Part shown: positions 1-9,233 of the stretch, piece after piece
How the letters are laid out: the number at the start of each line of letters is the position of its first letter
Numbering within the stretch: position 1 is the first letter of the stretch
DNA from: an uncultured delta proteobacterium
GTDB lineage: Bacteria > Myxococcota_A > Polyangia > Fen-1088
Reading direction: 5' to 3'
NCBI GenBank assembly: GCA_963737265.1
Contig: CAVTRY010000021.1
Span: 96,001 to 160,000 of the forward strand
DNA: 64,000 bases
The notes under the pieces: model-generated
The model's database searches: none
What the model was told of the DNA's origin: nothing
What the model saw: only the letters and a program-made list of their open reading frames with translations
Position numbers and translations under genes: made by a program

Positions 1-2
1 TC

Positions 3-308
3 GCCGAAGCGCGCGGGCGATCCGGCGAAGGCATGGGACGCAACCTCGTGCTGTCGCTCGACAAGCTGTGCGCCCTCGAGGAACGACTGGTGGTCGCCAG
101 CGCCGTCGAGCGTGCCGCCATGCCGGGCGTGGGCTCGATGCGCGCTGACACCGTGCTTCCGGGCACCATCATGCTGCGCACCCTGCTCGAGCTGACCAAC
201 AGCGCGAACGCGCTCGTGTGCGAGAGCGCGCTCAAGGAAGGTCTGGTGGTTGACTACTTCGTGCGCCGGCAAACCGGTCTGGCCGAAGAGCTGCCCGAGA
301 CGGACTGA
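3..308 (+). CDS. Ppx/GppA family phosphatase, C-terminal part (5' end outside window)
   Basis: RADTVLPGTIML...VCESALKEGLVVD resembles the Ppx/GppA C-terminal signature (RADxIxxG...S.xGLREG); frame open from window start. Confidence 0.75.
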   Translation, partial: AEARGRSGEGMGRNLVLSLDKLCALEERLVVASAVERAAMPGVGSMRADTVLPGTIMLRTLLELTNSANALVCESALKEGLVVDYFVRRQTGLAEELPETD

Positions 309-1113
309 TCCGTCGCACTGGCCGGCGTAGGCTCAGGAGCTGGATCACGTGGAATAGCGCCTTTCTGAAGTAGTTCTTGTTGTTCTCGGTCGGCTTGGCC
401 GAGGAGGCTTCGAAGCCCAAGCGCGCGGCAATGCCTGCCATCAGCGCGTTGCCGGACGCGTGCAGAAGGCAGGGCTCGGTGCCCGTGGCGACGTTGAGCA
501 CGCGGCCATTCCTGAATTCGAGATCCTTCAGGTCCGGCTGGCGCGTGATGAAGTTCTTGAACAGCAGGTTGTGAAAGATGTCGCAGCGCCAGTCGAGCTC
601 CACCACCCGGCGGTCGTGAATATAGAGGCTGGTGAGAATCTCCTGATCCATGTCGGTCGGCCCCATGCCGAATTCGTGCTCCAGGCGGTCGATCAGCCGC
701 TGCGCATACCCGGCGGTGGAGATCCAGGTGCCCGAATTCAGGTAGTCGTAGCCGGTTGGATTGCGCAGCATGGGCTTGCCCGAATAGTTGAATTCCCTGC
801 CGTAGACCCGCCGCAAAAGCGGCCCCAGCTTGAGGGCGCCACACACAAATGGCGCCGAGCCGCGCCGGAATTTCGCCTCGATTTCGTCGATGCCGCAAAG
901 AAAGACCACGTCGAACGGATCGACCGAGAGCACGACCTCGTCGTCGGGGAGATCCTTGATGTAGTCGCGCGTCTCCATCGTCTTCTGCCCGAATCCAACC
1001 CACTTTCGACCCCAGCCGAGCAGCACAGGGGCAATGCCATGGCGCTGACACGACGCCATGAACAGGTCGAAGTACGCCTGCTTGTTGGTTCCGTACGCGA
1101 TAACCGTGGCCAT
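232..1113 (-). CDS. Glycosyltransferase, PLOD/procollagen GT-like domain
   Basis: VVLSVDPFDVVF, YLNSGTWI, DMDQ, LD..CDIFHN and LLHASG match the DxxD/LNSG/DDQ pattern of PLOD-type GT domains. Confidence 0.65.
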   Translation of the reverse strand: MATVIAYGTNKQAYFDLFMASCQRHGIAPVLLGWGRKWVGFGQKTMETRDYIKDLPDDEVVLSVDPFDVVFLCGIDEIEAKFRRGSAPFVCGALKLGPLLRRVYGREFNYSGKPMLRNPTGYDYLNSGTWISTAGYAQRLIDRLEHEFGMGPTDMDQEILTSLYIHDRRVVELDWRCDIFHNLLFKNFITRQPDLKDLEFRNGRVLNVATGTEPCLLHASGNALMAGIAARLGFEASSAKPTENNKNYFRKALFHVIQLLSLRRPVRRISPSRAALRPDRFAGARSSQPPDLP

Positions 1114-1176
1114 GGAGGTCTACTTTGGATCTTGTCGGGGACGCGTCAAGCGGCAAGCTAGCCTAAAGCTGACGGG

Positions 1177-1204
1177 TTGACGGCGGAAAGGTGCGTGCTA
1201 GTAT
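1177..1204 (+). promoter_or_regulatory. Putative sigma70 promoter of the DAHP synthase leader
   Basis: TTGACG-16 nt-TAGTAT with extended -10 TG, 14 nt upstream of the leader ATG. Confidence 0.5.
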
Positions 1205-1218
1205 TGGACCACTCTCCG

Positions 1219-1293
1219 ATGCAACAGCACCCCGCGTTCCGTGGCTGCTTTGGCTACTCCTGGTGGCAACCAGGGCCGTGGGGACTCGCGTAA
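1219..1293 (+). CDS. Attenuator leader peptide MQQHPAFRGCFGYSWWQPGPWGLA
   Basis: ATG 1219 to TAA 1291-1293; 6 aromatic codons in 24 including tandem TGG TGG; directly upstream of terminator and DAHP synthase. Confidence 0.85.
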   Translation: MQQHPAFRGCFGYSWWQPGPWGLA

Positions 1294-1317
1294 GCAACGA
1301 TTGCATCGAAGTCATCC

Positions 1318-1354
1318 AAGGCCCTGAGTAACCCTCGGGGCCTTTTTCGTTTTT
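1318..1354 (+). terminator. Attenuator terminator hairpin
   Basis: GGCCCTGAG (1320-1328)/CTCGGGGCC (1334-1342) followed by TTTTTCGTTTTT; the left arm can alternatively pair with CAGGGCC (1271-1277). Confidence 0.85.
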
Positions 1355-1371
1355 CGGAAAAGGAACCGCCC

Positions 1372-2457
1372 ATGTTGCAGACCAAGAACCTACGTATCGC
1401 CGAATTCGCGCCCCTCGTTACGCCCCACCAGCTCGAAGATGAGCTGGCCGCGTCCGACGAAATTCGGCGCATGGTGAATGCCAGCCGCGATGCCATCCAC
1501 ACCATGCTCCACGGCCAGGAAAACCACCGCTTGGTGGTGGTGGTGGGCCCGTGCTCGATTCACGATCCCGAGGCCGCAGTCGTCTACGCCGAGCGCCTGA
1601 AGAAGGTGGCGGACGCCACGCAAGACGACTTGTTTATCGTGATGCGCACCTACTTTGAAAAGCCACGCACCGTGGTTGGCTGGAAGGGGCTCATCAGCGA
1701 TCCGCACCTCGACGGGTCGTGCGACATTTCGGCTGGCCTGGCCCTGGCGCGCAAAACCCTGCTGCAAATCACCAAGCTCGGCCTACCCTGCGCAACGGAA
1801 TTTCTCGACACCGTGGTGCCACACTACTTGAGCGACATGGTCACCTGGGCCGCCATCGGCGCACGCACGACGGAAAGCCAGATCCACCGCCAGATGGCGA
1901 GCGGCCTGTCCATGCCGGTCGGATTCAAGAACAGCACCGACGGAGCGCTGCAGAACGCCATCAACGCCATGTTGTCGGCTCGGCACGAACACTCTTTTCT
2001 GGGCATCAACGCCGACGGAATCTCGTCGGTGGTCAAAACCACTGGAAATCTGGACGGCCACGTCGTCCTGCGCGGCGGCGCCTCGGGGACCAACTACCAT
2101 CCCGAGGACATCGCAGCCGCGGCGAACGCCGTGGCAAAAGAAGGCCTGGCACGCGGCGTGATGGTGGACTGTTCCCACGACAATTCCGGCAAGGACCACA
2201 CCAAGCAGGGCTCCGTGTTCACCGAAGTGGTGCGGAACTTCGCCGCCGGCCAGGAAGCCATCCTCGGGGTCATGATCGAAAGCAATCTGGTCGCCGGCAA
2301 GCAGACTTGGATGCAGGGCGTACCGCTGCAATACGGGGTGTCCATCACCGATAGCTGCATCGGGTGGGACGAGACCGAGCGCATGCTGCTGGAAGCGGCA
2401 TCGCTGTTGGCGAAGTCCAGACCGCGTCGCGCAACCAGGCAGGTCGCGGCCATGTGA
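1372..2457 (+). CDS. aroF: DAHP synthase, class I-alpha (AroF/G/H type)
   Basis: VVGPCSIHD, MRTYFEKPRT..GWKGLI, AIGARTTESQ.HR, DCSHDNS, SITDSCIGW motifs; isozyme assignment uncertain. Confidence 0.93.
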   Translation: MLQTKNLRIAEFAPLVTPHQLEDELAASDEIRRMVNASRDAIHTMLHGQENHRLVVVVGPCSIHDPEAAVVYAERLKKVADATQDDLFIVMRTYFEKPRTVVGWKGLISDPHLDGSCDISAGLALARKTLLQITKLGLPCATEFLDTVVPHYLSDMVTWAAIGARTTESQIHRQMASGLSMPVGFKNSTDGALQNAINAMLSARHEHSFLGINADGISSVVKTTGNLDGHVVLRGGASGTNYHPEDIAAAANAVAKEGLARGVMVDCSHDNSGKDHTKQGSVFTEVVRNFAAGQEAILGVMIESNLVAGKQTWMQGVPLQYGVSITDSCIGWDETERMLLEAASLLAKSRPRRATRQVAAM

Positions 2458-2540
2458 CCTACACGGCCGCCACACCGACGGTAGCGACGCCGACTAGATT
2501 CCTTTACTGGACTTCCGTCTCCGGGGTATCTAATAGAGAC

Positions 2541-3035
2541 ATGTTACAGAAAGCTGGCGCCCCGAAGCGCGCGTACCGCTCGATGATCGTGCGCCTCGCC
2601 CTCGCTGGCGGCCTCGCGTCGGTCGCCGTACTTTTGACTAGCGGCTGCGAAGACAAGACCCTCGGCCGATCCTGCGACGTCGGGGTGGATGCTGGTCCGA
2701 GCCAGGGTGCGTGGAATACCATGGCCACGGACTGCCCGAGCCAGATTTGCATCAAGCCGGAGGTGCAGGCAGGCGCGTCGACGAACACCGGCGCGTATTG
2801 TACCGCCCAGTGCTCATCGGACAACGACTGCAACGGTCAGACGCGCGACACGAGCAACCCCAACGACAAACGCTGCGCCGAAGGGTTTACCTGCGCCGTC
2901 GTTTTCGGGCAGGGGCCAGGGCAGATCTGCTGCCGGAAGCTTTGCCTGTGTCGGGACTTCATCGCGCCCACGGGTCCGGTTTCCCCCGCTGCCTGCCAGA
3001 ACACCAGCTCTGCCGCGTGCCCGTCGGAGAGCTAG
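2541..3035 (+). CDS. Cys-rich lipoprotein, CglC-like gliding motility protein
   Basis: Lipobox LTSGC, then LGRSC, DCPSQICI, YCTAQCSSDNDC and CCRKLCLC; start may be 2541 or 2583. Confidence 0.55.
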   Translation: MLQKAGAPKRAYRSMIVRLALAGGLASVAVLLTSGCEDKTLGRSCDVGVDAGPSQGAWNTMATDCPSQICIKPEVQAGASTNTGAYCTAQCSSDNDCNGQTRDTSNPNDKRCAEGFTCAVVFGQGPGQICCRKLCLCRDFIAPTGPVSPAACQNTSSAACPSES

Positions 3036-3042
3036 AGCCAGG

Positions 3043-5127
3043 CTAGCCGAACCGCTTCTTACCGAAGGCGGGCTTGTGCGGGCCTTTCTTCGCTTTCCAG
3101 GGCGGCAAGGGATCATGCGGCCGAGATGTGCGGCGTGGGGCTTCCTGGCCGCCGAAATCAAGCGGTCGCGGCGTCCGGCGCGGGGCTTCGTGACCACCGA
3201 AATCCAGCGGTCGCGGCGGCATGCGGCGCGGGGCTTCGTGACCACCGAAATCCAGCGGTCGCGGCGTTCGGCGCGGGGCTTCGTGAGCACCAGGATCCGG
3301 TGGCCGCGGTGTACGGCGCGCAGCTTCGTGAGCGTCGGAATCCGGCGGTCGCGGCGCGCGGCGCGCGGCGGGGGATGGCGTAAAATCCCTCGGGCGCGCC
3401 GACCGGCGATCATCGCTCCGTCCCGCCACAGAACGCTCCGCACGCTCGACGACAACGTGGGGCGCGCGCGGGTCGGTCTGGGCTGCGGCGAAAGCGAAAT
3501 CCTTGGCCGCCTCGCCGGCGATCTCGAATTCGCTGTAGCGGGGTCCGACGCGAATGGCGCCGACCTCGCGCCGGGTGACGCCGCCGCGTCGGCAGATGAG
3601 GGGCAGGAGCCAGCCGGGTTCGGCGTGACTTTCGGCGCCCAGATTGACCCGGAAGACGACGGCGTCGCGCGAAAACTCGTCCCGGTCTGGCGCCGGGCCG
3701 ACAGGCCGAAAACGATCCTGCGACACCACTTTCAAATCGACCGGCTTGAGCTTTTCCCCCTTGGGAACGCGAGCCAACTCGCGACCTAGGAGCATGAGGA
3801 TCAGGGCGTCCTTTTTGATGTCCTTACCGAGCCGCTCGGCAGCGGAGAGCGCGGCCGGCGTGGGCGGAGCCGCGCCAGCAGCCTCTTCGACGATCGAAGC
3901 CTCCAGGCGGGCCAGCCCTTGTGCGGCGATCTCCGTCGCGCTCGGCGCCGCGGTCCACGTACACTTCACGCGCGCGTTCGCCAGCAAACGCTCGGCCTTG
4001 CGCCGCTCGGCGAGGTTGGCGATGACTACGCTCGTGCCCTTGCGACCGGCGCGTCCGGTGCGCCCGCTGCGATGGGTGAGCGCTTCGACATTGAGCGGAA
4101 GGTCCGCGTGCACGACCAAATCCACTTCGGGCAGGTCGAGCCCGCGCGCAGCGACGTTGGTGGCCACCAGCACCTGGGCCTCGCCGTCGCGCAGGGCCTG
4201 CAACGCCCGATTGCGGTCCGACTGCGCGCGATCGCCCGACAGCACGACGGCGCGAAAACCCTCGCGCACGATCGCCCGATGCAGATCCGCCACGCCGTCG
4301 CGGGTGGTGCCGAACACGATGGCGCGATCGTCGGCGTGTTGGCGAAGAACATTGATGACGGCCGGCATGCGATCGCCCATGGCAATCAGGTGGGCGACGT
4401 AACAAATGTCCTCATGCCCGCCCGCGCCCTGCTCGCCCAGCGTGCGCGCGTCCACACGAACGGCGTCCTTCTGATAGTGCGCGGCCAGCGCCAGAATGGG
4501 CCTGGGTAGCGTGGCGGAAAACATGTGGGTTCGCTTGCGCGCGGTCGCGGCTGCCAGCAAGGTTTCCAGATCCTCGCGAAAGCCCATGTCGAGCATCTCG
4601 TCGGCCTCGTCGAGCACCGCAGCCTCGACCGCCTCCAATTGCAACGCCCCACGCGTCAGCAGATCCACCAGGCGCCCCGGTGTCCCCACGACCAAATCGA
4701 CGCCAGCGTGCAGAATTTTGAGATCGCGCCGGATGTCGCTGCCCCCGGTGAACGCGGCAACACGTACCGGCGCGCGGGCAAACAGCCAGGTCAGCTCGGC
4801 GCAAACCTGATTGGCCAGCTCGCGGGTCGGCGCGATCACCAGGCCGGCCGTTGGCTTTGCTTTTCGCTGCGCGCGTGCGTGCTTGACCGTTTTGGCGTCG
4901 CCGCCCTCGCTGGGCGGTGCGGGTTCGTCGACTAGCAATAGGCGGGCGAGCAACGCCCCGAATGCGAGCGTCTTGCCCGACCCGGTCTGCGAAGAAACCA
5001 GCAGATCGCGGTCGCGATTGGTCTCCGCCATCACCGCAACTTGCACCGGCATCGCCTGTTCGTAGCCACGCGCGGCGATGGCTTCGGCCAACGCTGGGGA
5101 AAGCCCCAGCTCAGAAAACATTGTCAT
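3043..5127 (-). CDS. DEAD-box RNA helicase with DbpA-type RNA-binding domain and repetitive basic tail
   Basis: QTGSGKT, PTRELA, TPGR, LDEADEM, SAT, ARGLD, HRSGRTGRAG; C-terminal LLPLICRRGG..IGAI domain. Confidence 0.93.
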   Translation of the reverse strand: MTMFSELGLSPALAEAIAARGYEQAMPVQVAVMAETNRDRDLLVSSQTGSGKTLAFGALLARLLLVDEPAPPSEGGDAKTVKHARAQRKAKPTAGLVIAPTRELANQVCAELTWLFARAPVRVAAFTGGSDIRRDLKILHAGVDLVVGTPGRLVDLLTRGALQLEAVEAAVLDEADEMLDMGFREDLETLLAAATARKRTHMFSATLPRPILALAAHYQKDAVRVDARTLGEQGAGGHEDICYVAHLIAMGDRMPAVINVLRQHADDRAIVFGTTRDGVADLHRAIVREGFRAVVLSGDRAQSDRNRALQALRDGEAQVLVATNVAARGLDLPEVDLVVHADLPLNVEALTHRSGRTGRAGRKGTSVVIANLAERRKAERLLANARVKCTWTAAPSATEIAAQGLARLEASIVEEAAGAAPPTPAALSAAERLGKDIKKDALILMLLGRELARVPKGEKLKPVDLKVVSQDRFRPVGPAPDRDEFSRDAVVFRVNLGAESHAEPGWLLPLICRRGGVTRREVGAIRVGPRYSEFEIAGEAAKDFAFAAAQTDPRAPHVVVERAERSVAGRSDDRRSARPRDFTPSPAARRAPRPPDSDAHEAARRTPRPPDPGAHEAPRRTPRPLDFGGHEAPRRMPPRPLDFGGHEAPRRTPRPLDFGGQEAPRRTSRPHDPLPPWKAKKGPHKPAFGKKRFG
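3110..3365 (-). repeat. In-frame 45-48 bp tandem repeat in the helicase tail (5-6 units)
   Basis: Repeated gcggggcttcgtgaccaccgaaatccagcggtcgcggcg encoding PRRTPRPLDFGGHEA variants. Confidence 0.85.
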
Positions 5128-5253
5128 GAAGCGGCTGCGTATACCACCTTACACGGCAAAACCTAGACGAATCGTGCGGCGCTCCCCCAGTCACTGCGAC
5201 GACGGAGCCCCGCGAAGGCTTGAAATCGCGGGGCAACCGGTGCCGGAGCCAAG

Positions 5254-5589
5254 CTACTTCTTGAGCGCGCGCGTGGCCTTGACGAGATCCTTGGCCTCGG
5301 CCGGCGTGATCTTGAAGGCTGGCATGGTGTTCTTGCCGTCAGCGCCCTTGACGCCTTCGAGAATGATCTTCTCCCACTGCGCGTCGGTGGACGCGGCCTG
5401 CACCTTGGCATCGGTCAGATCCTTGATGTTGTATTTCTTGCCCATCGACGTGGCGCCCTTGCCGTCCTTGCCGTGGCAAGCAGCGCACTTCTTGCCGAAC
5501 GTCTCGGCGCCATCGGCGCGGGCAGCGCCTGTCATCCCAACAACGAATAGAACTGCCATTAGCGACGAAAGAATTGTTTTCATGTTCAC
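5254..5589 (-). CDS. Periplasmic monoheme cytochrome c
   Basis: Signal peptide ending ARA, CAACH heme motif, distal MPAF ligand; AGGAG RBS. Confidence 0.9.
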   Translation of the reverse strand: MNMKTILSSLMAVLFVVGMTGAARADGAETFGKKCAACHGKDGKGATSMGKKYNIKDLTDAKVQAASTDAQWEKIILEGVKGADGKNTMPAFKITPAEAKDLVKATRALKK

Positions 5590-5790
5590 GTTCCTCCTTG
5601 GGTTTGGGTCTTGGTTGCGAATGCACGCGTAATGACTCGCACCTTGGCGAGAGTCGTTTGTGGAAAGATGCGAGCTCCCTGCGGATCATGAAAGAGGAGC
5701 AAGCCCGTCTGACTTAGGGTTTGACTAACACAGGTCGCCCAATATTCAAAGGCGAAGGTGCGGCAGCGCGAAAAGGCTTGCCGCCAGCAG

Positions 5791-6624
5791 CTAGGCCAGG
5801 CGGCAGCGCGTCTTGATATCGGCTGTGACGCGGGCGATGCCGTCGTCGTCGATGCCCAGCAGCGAGCGGCCGACCATCACCAGCGCGTCGTTGTCGTCCG
5901 CCGGGACATCGCCGAGGTAGATGCCGAGTTGCTTGACGAGCGCGTTGGCGAAGTGAACCGCGTTGGTGATGGATTGGCGATTGGCCGCATCGTAGTCCGA
6001 GAACGCGAGAACCGCGCTCTGGACCTCCTCTGGAAATTGCCATTTCTTGGCCAAGTCGACCGCGATTTTTCTGTGGGTTCGGGCGACCACGCCAATCCAG
6101 GTATCGCCGTCGATCCACAGCTTGGGATTGCGCTGGACGATTTGCGCCTCGGCTTCGAGCAACATGGTCGCCACCACGGGCTTGCCAATATCGTGCAGTA
6201 GACCGGTCATAAAGCAGACATCAGGCTCTTCAACGCCGGCCAGTACCGCCACGCTTTGGGCTAGAATGGCGACCGCGCGCGCGTGGTCCCACAGCAGCCG
6301 CGTCGCCTCCACGGTCTTGGGATCGCGCGAATCCGTCACCCGGTGGGCCGAGGTTTCGGCCATGAGCGAGCGTATCTTCTGCACGCCCAGCTTGGTCACG
6401 GCCTGCTCGAAGGTCCGGCAGCCCCCGCCCGCCACTTGGCGCATGACCAGCGCGGCCAGAATGGGATCGATTTCGATGCTGGCGACCAGGTCGCGTACGG
6501 TGGCATCCGCTCGGCGAACCAAATCATTGGCCTTGGCGGCGATCGCAGGCAGGAGCGGCAGCGTCAGGCTATCCTGGGCGATGCGGTTCTCGAGAATGAT
6601 TTCTAGCTGCTCAGCCAGCTTCAT
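5791..6624 (-). CDS. HDOD domain protein
   Basis: LPLLPAIA, DPILAA, LWDH, GLLHDIGK, W.FP motifs. Confidence 0.85.
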   Translation of the reverse strand: MKLAEQLEIILENRIAQDSLTLPLLPAIAAKANDLVRRADATVRDLVASIEIDPILAALVMRQVAGGGCRTFEQAVTKLGVQKIRSLMAETSAHRVTDSRDPKTVEATRLLWDHARAVAILAQSVAVLAGVEEPDVCFMTGLLHDIGKPVVATMLLEAEAQIVQRNPKLWIDGDTWIGVVARTHRKIAVDLAKKWQFPEEVQSAVLAFSDYDAANRQSITNAVHFANALVKQLGIYLGDVPADDNDALVMVGRSLLGIDDDGIARVTADIKTRCRLA

Positions 6625-6699
6625 TGGGGCCAGCCTTGGTGGGCATACTGACCCTTAATGCGTCAGTTTTGGCTGCGATCTTGAGGAGCCAGATATGCT

Positions 6700-7551
6700 C
6701 TAGGGAAGCAACTGATAGAAAACCGAGCGCACGTGCCGCTTGGCCTCGAAACGCGGGCAAATGCCGCTAATCGACTCGGTGGAACCGATGATGAGGTATC
6801 CGTCCGCGGCGATGACGCGCGAAATGCTATCGAACAGCTTTCTTTTGTCGGCGTCCGAAAAGTAGATGGCGACGTTGCGACAGAAAATGATGTCGAACTT
6901 GGTCGGGAAGGAATAGGGCTCGAGCAGGTTGATGGTCTTGAAGGTCGTGAGAGCGCGAATCGGGTCGCGCACCTTGAAATCGGGACCGTCGGGCTGAAAA
7001 TACGTGCTCAGCTTGTCGGGCGTCAAACCACGGTCGAGCTCCAGCTTGGTGTACTTGCCGTAGCTGGCCTGGGCGATGACCTTGTCGGAAATATCGGTGC
7101 CGAGGATGCGAACCTCGAACCTGTTCATGTCGACCAGCGTCTCCTTGCACACGATGGCCGTGCTGTAGACCTCTTGGCCGGTCGAGCTGGCGGCACTCCA
7201 AATGCGCAAGGTTATCGGCCGCCCTTTGCCGAGTTGGCCAAGCTGCCGGGTTCGCGCATCGACCAAATCGGGAAGAATCTTGTTGCGGAGCATATCGAAT
7301 GGCGAGGAATCGCGAAAAAACGAGGTCTCGTTGGTGGTGATGGCGCCGATCACCTTGCGCTTGAGCGTGCCGGCAGCATCCCCGATCACGCGGTCGAGCA
7401 ACTGTTTGTAGCTGGTGCTGCCAGTTTCGCGCAAGAGCGGCGCGAGGCGCGTCTCGATCAGGTATCCCTTGGTTGCGTCGAGAGAGATGCGCGTAATCGA
7501 ATAGACATAGGAGGACCACAGCGAGAACTCGTTGCCTTCCAGCCGACTCAC
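6700..7551 (-). CDS. cheR: Chemotaxis methyltransferase CheR
   Basis: TTNETSFFRD, IWSAASSTGQEVYS, GTDIS, FDIIFCRNV.IYF. Confidence 0.95.
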   Translation of the reverse strand: MSRLEGNEFSLWSSYVYSITRISLDATKGYLIETRLAPLLRETGSTSYKQLLDRVIGDAAGTLKRKVIGAITTNETSFFRDSSPFDMLRNKILPDLVDARTRQLGQLGKGRPITLRIWSAASSTGQEVYSTAIVCKETLVDMNRFEVRILGTDISDKVIAQASYGKYTKLELDRGLTPDKLSTYFQPDGPDFKVRDPIRALTTFKTINLLEPYSFPTKFDIIFCRNVAIYFSDADKRKLFDSISRVIAADGYLIIGSTESISGICPRFEAKRHVRSVFYQLLP

Positions 7552-8663
7552 GACCCCCGCCCCCTGACGGTGGCGTGAATGCGCGCCGCAATCGCGTCGA
7601 GGGGCAAGACCACGTCGACCACGCCTGCCTCGACGGCCGCCTTGGGCATGCCGTACACGATGGATGTCGCTTCGTCCTGGGCGATGGTGAAACAGCCGTG
7701 CCGGCGCAGCAAGCGCAGTCCCAGGGTACCGTCGCTGCCCATACCGGTAAGGATCACGGCCATGGCCCGGCCAGGAAAGTTATTCGCCGCCGAACGAAAC
7801 AGATAGTCCACCGCGGGCCGGCAGTTGTTCTCGGGTGGATCGTCGGTAATCTGGGCGCGCGCCTGTCCGTCGGGCCCGGCAACCAGGCGAAGCTGTCGGC
7901 CCCCGGGGGCGATGAGCACCAGTCCAGGCTCTGCCCGGTCACCGTCGGCGGCTTCGCGCACGCGCAGGGAGCACTTGCTGGCCAGACTCTCGGCCAACGA
8001 CTGCGTGAACACCGGCGGCATGTGCTGAACCACGACGATGGGCGCCCCAATATCCTTGGGAACGCAAGGCAGCAGCCGTGCCAGCGCGGCCGGACCGCCG
8101 GTCGACACGCCGATGAGGACCAGCTCGGGAAGCTTTCCGAGCAAACGAGTCGTATTTCCCTTGGCAGGACGAGTCGGATCGGGCGCCGGCGAAGATCGGG
8201 ACATCGCGGTCGCAGGCGGCGAGCCGCTGCCACCCGGTCGCAAGATACTGCGGATCTGCCGCCGATGGGCCAGTGCGCGCAGCCTGGGCGCCAGCTCGCC
8301 GACGATCATGGCCTTGCTTTCGGCGGCGCTTTTCCCCTGCGGCTTGGTGATAAAGTCGAACGCGCCCTTTTCCAGGGCCTGCATGGTCAAGCGGCCGCCG
8401 CGCAAAGTGACCGCGCTAATCACCATGACCGACGTGGTACTGCCCGCCTGCTTCAAGGCATCAAGGACGGCCAGCCCGTCCATTTCTGGCATTTCGATGT
8501 CGAGGGTGAGCAGGTCGGGCTGAAGTTCCTTGACCTTCTGAACGGCGATCTTGCCATTCGGAGCCGAGCCAACGACTTCGACGTCGGCAATCTCGCCCAA
8601 GGCATCGCTGATAGCGCGCCGGAACAGCGCCGAGTCGTCCGCCACCAGTACTCGAAGTGCCAT
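7548..8663 (-). CDS. cheB: Chemotaxis methylesterase CheB (REC + esterase)
   Basis: REC domain (DDS, LDIEMP, KP); IGVSTGGP, QHMP, LTGMGSDG. Confidence 0.95.
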   Translation of the reverse strand: MALRVLVADDSALFRRAISDALGEIADVEVVGSAPNGKIAVQKVKELQPDLLTLDIEMPEMDGLAVLDALKQAGSTTSVMVISAVTLRGGRLTMQALEKGAFDFITKPQGKSAAESKAMIVGELAPRLRALAHRRQIRSILRPGGSGSPPATAMSRSSPAPDPTRPAKGNTTRLLGKLPELVLIGVSTGGPAALARLLPCVPKDIGAPIVVVQHMPPVFTQSLAESLASKCSLRVREAADGDRAEPGLVLIAPGGRQLRLVAGPDGQARAQITDDPPENNCRPAVDYLFRSAANNFPGRAMAVILTGMGSDGTLGLRLLRRHGCFTIAQDEATSIVYGMPKAAVEAGVVDVVLPLDAIAARIHATVRGRGS

Positions 8664-8728
8664 TGGTCTTTGTCCGCGTCGCGTCCGTTACTTCTTGTGC
8701 AACCTGGTTGACGCCCTTGTCGCGGAGC

Positions 8729-9223
8729 CTACGCGGACACGGGAGCAACCTTTTCACTGTCGCTTTCGAGAGTCAGCACCTTGTCCAAATCGAGCATGGC
8801 CACGATGCGATCGCCGGAGCGAAACACGCCGGTCATGCGGTGGCTCTGCGCCGAGCGCACGTTCTCGGGCGCGGGACCCACCGACTCCAGATCCACCGAA
8901 AGAACATCCTCCATTTTGTTGACCACGAGCCCGATGCGTTCGCCCGACCATTCGACGATGATGATGCGCTTGTCGCCGCTCAGGTCGGCCTCGCCGAGGC
9001 CAAGCCGCGCCGAGAGGTCGATGACGGTCGAGATGTGACCGCGCAGATTCATCACGCCGACCACGCAGCTTGCCGCGTGGTGGACCGGCGTGACGGTCGC
9101 GAGACGAACCACCTCCTGAACGTGGGACGTCTCCATCCCGAAAAGAGATCCGGAAACGTCGAAGGTGATCACCAATGCCTGTCGATCGCTCTTAGCTGCC
9201 CGCGCTGCTGTCTCCGTGCCCAT
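8729..9223 (-). CDS. cheW: CheW adaptor
   Basis: VQEVV..VTPV...VGVMNLRG.I.TVIDL, IGLVV motifs. Confidence 0.9.
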   Translation of the reverse strand: MGTETAARAAKSDRQALVITFDVSGSLFGMETSHVQEVVRLATVTPVHHAASCVVGVMNLRGHISTVIDLSARLGLGEADLSGDKRIIIVEWSGERIGLVVNKMEDVLSVDLESVGPAPENVRSAQSHRMTGVFRSGDRIVAMLDLDKVLTLESDSEKVAPVSA

Positions 9224-9233
9224 GGAATCGTCC

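Noticed and set aside
3110-3365. 45-bp repeats as a CRISPR array
   Set aside because: Head-to-tail without unique spacers and inside the helicase CDS.
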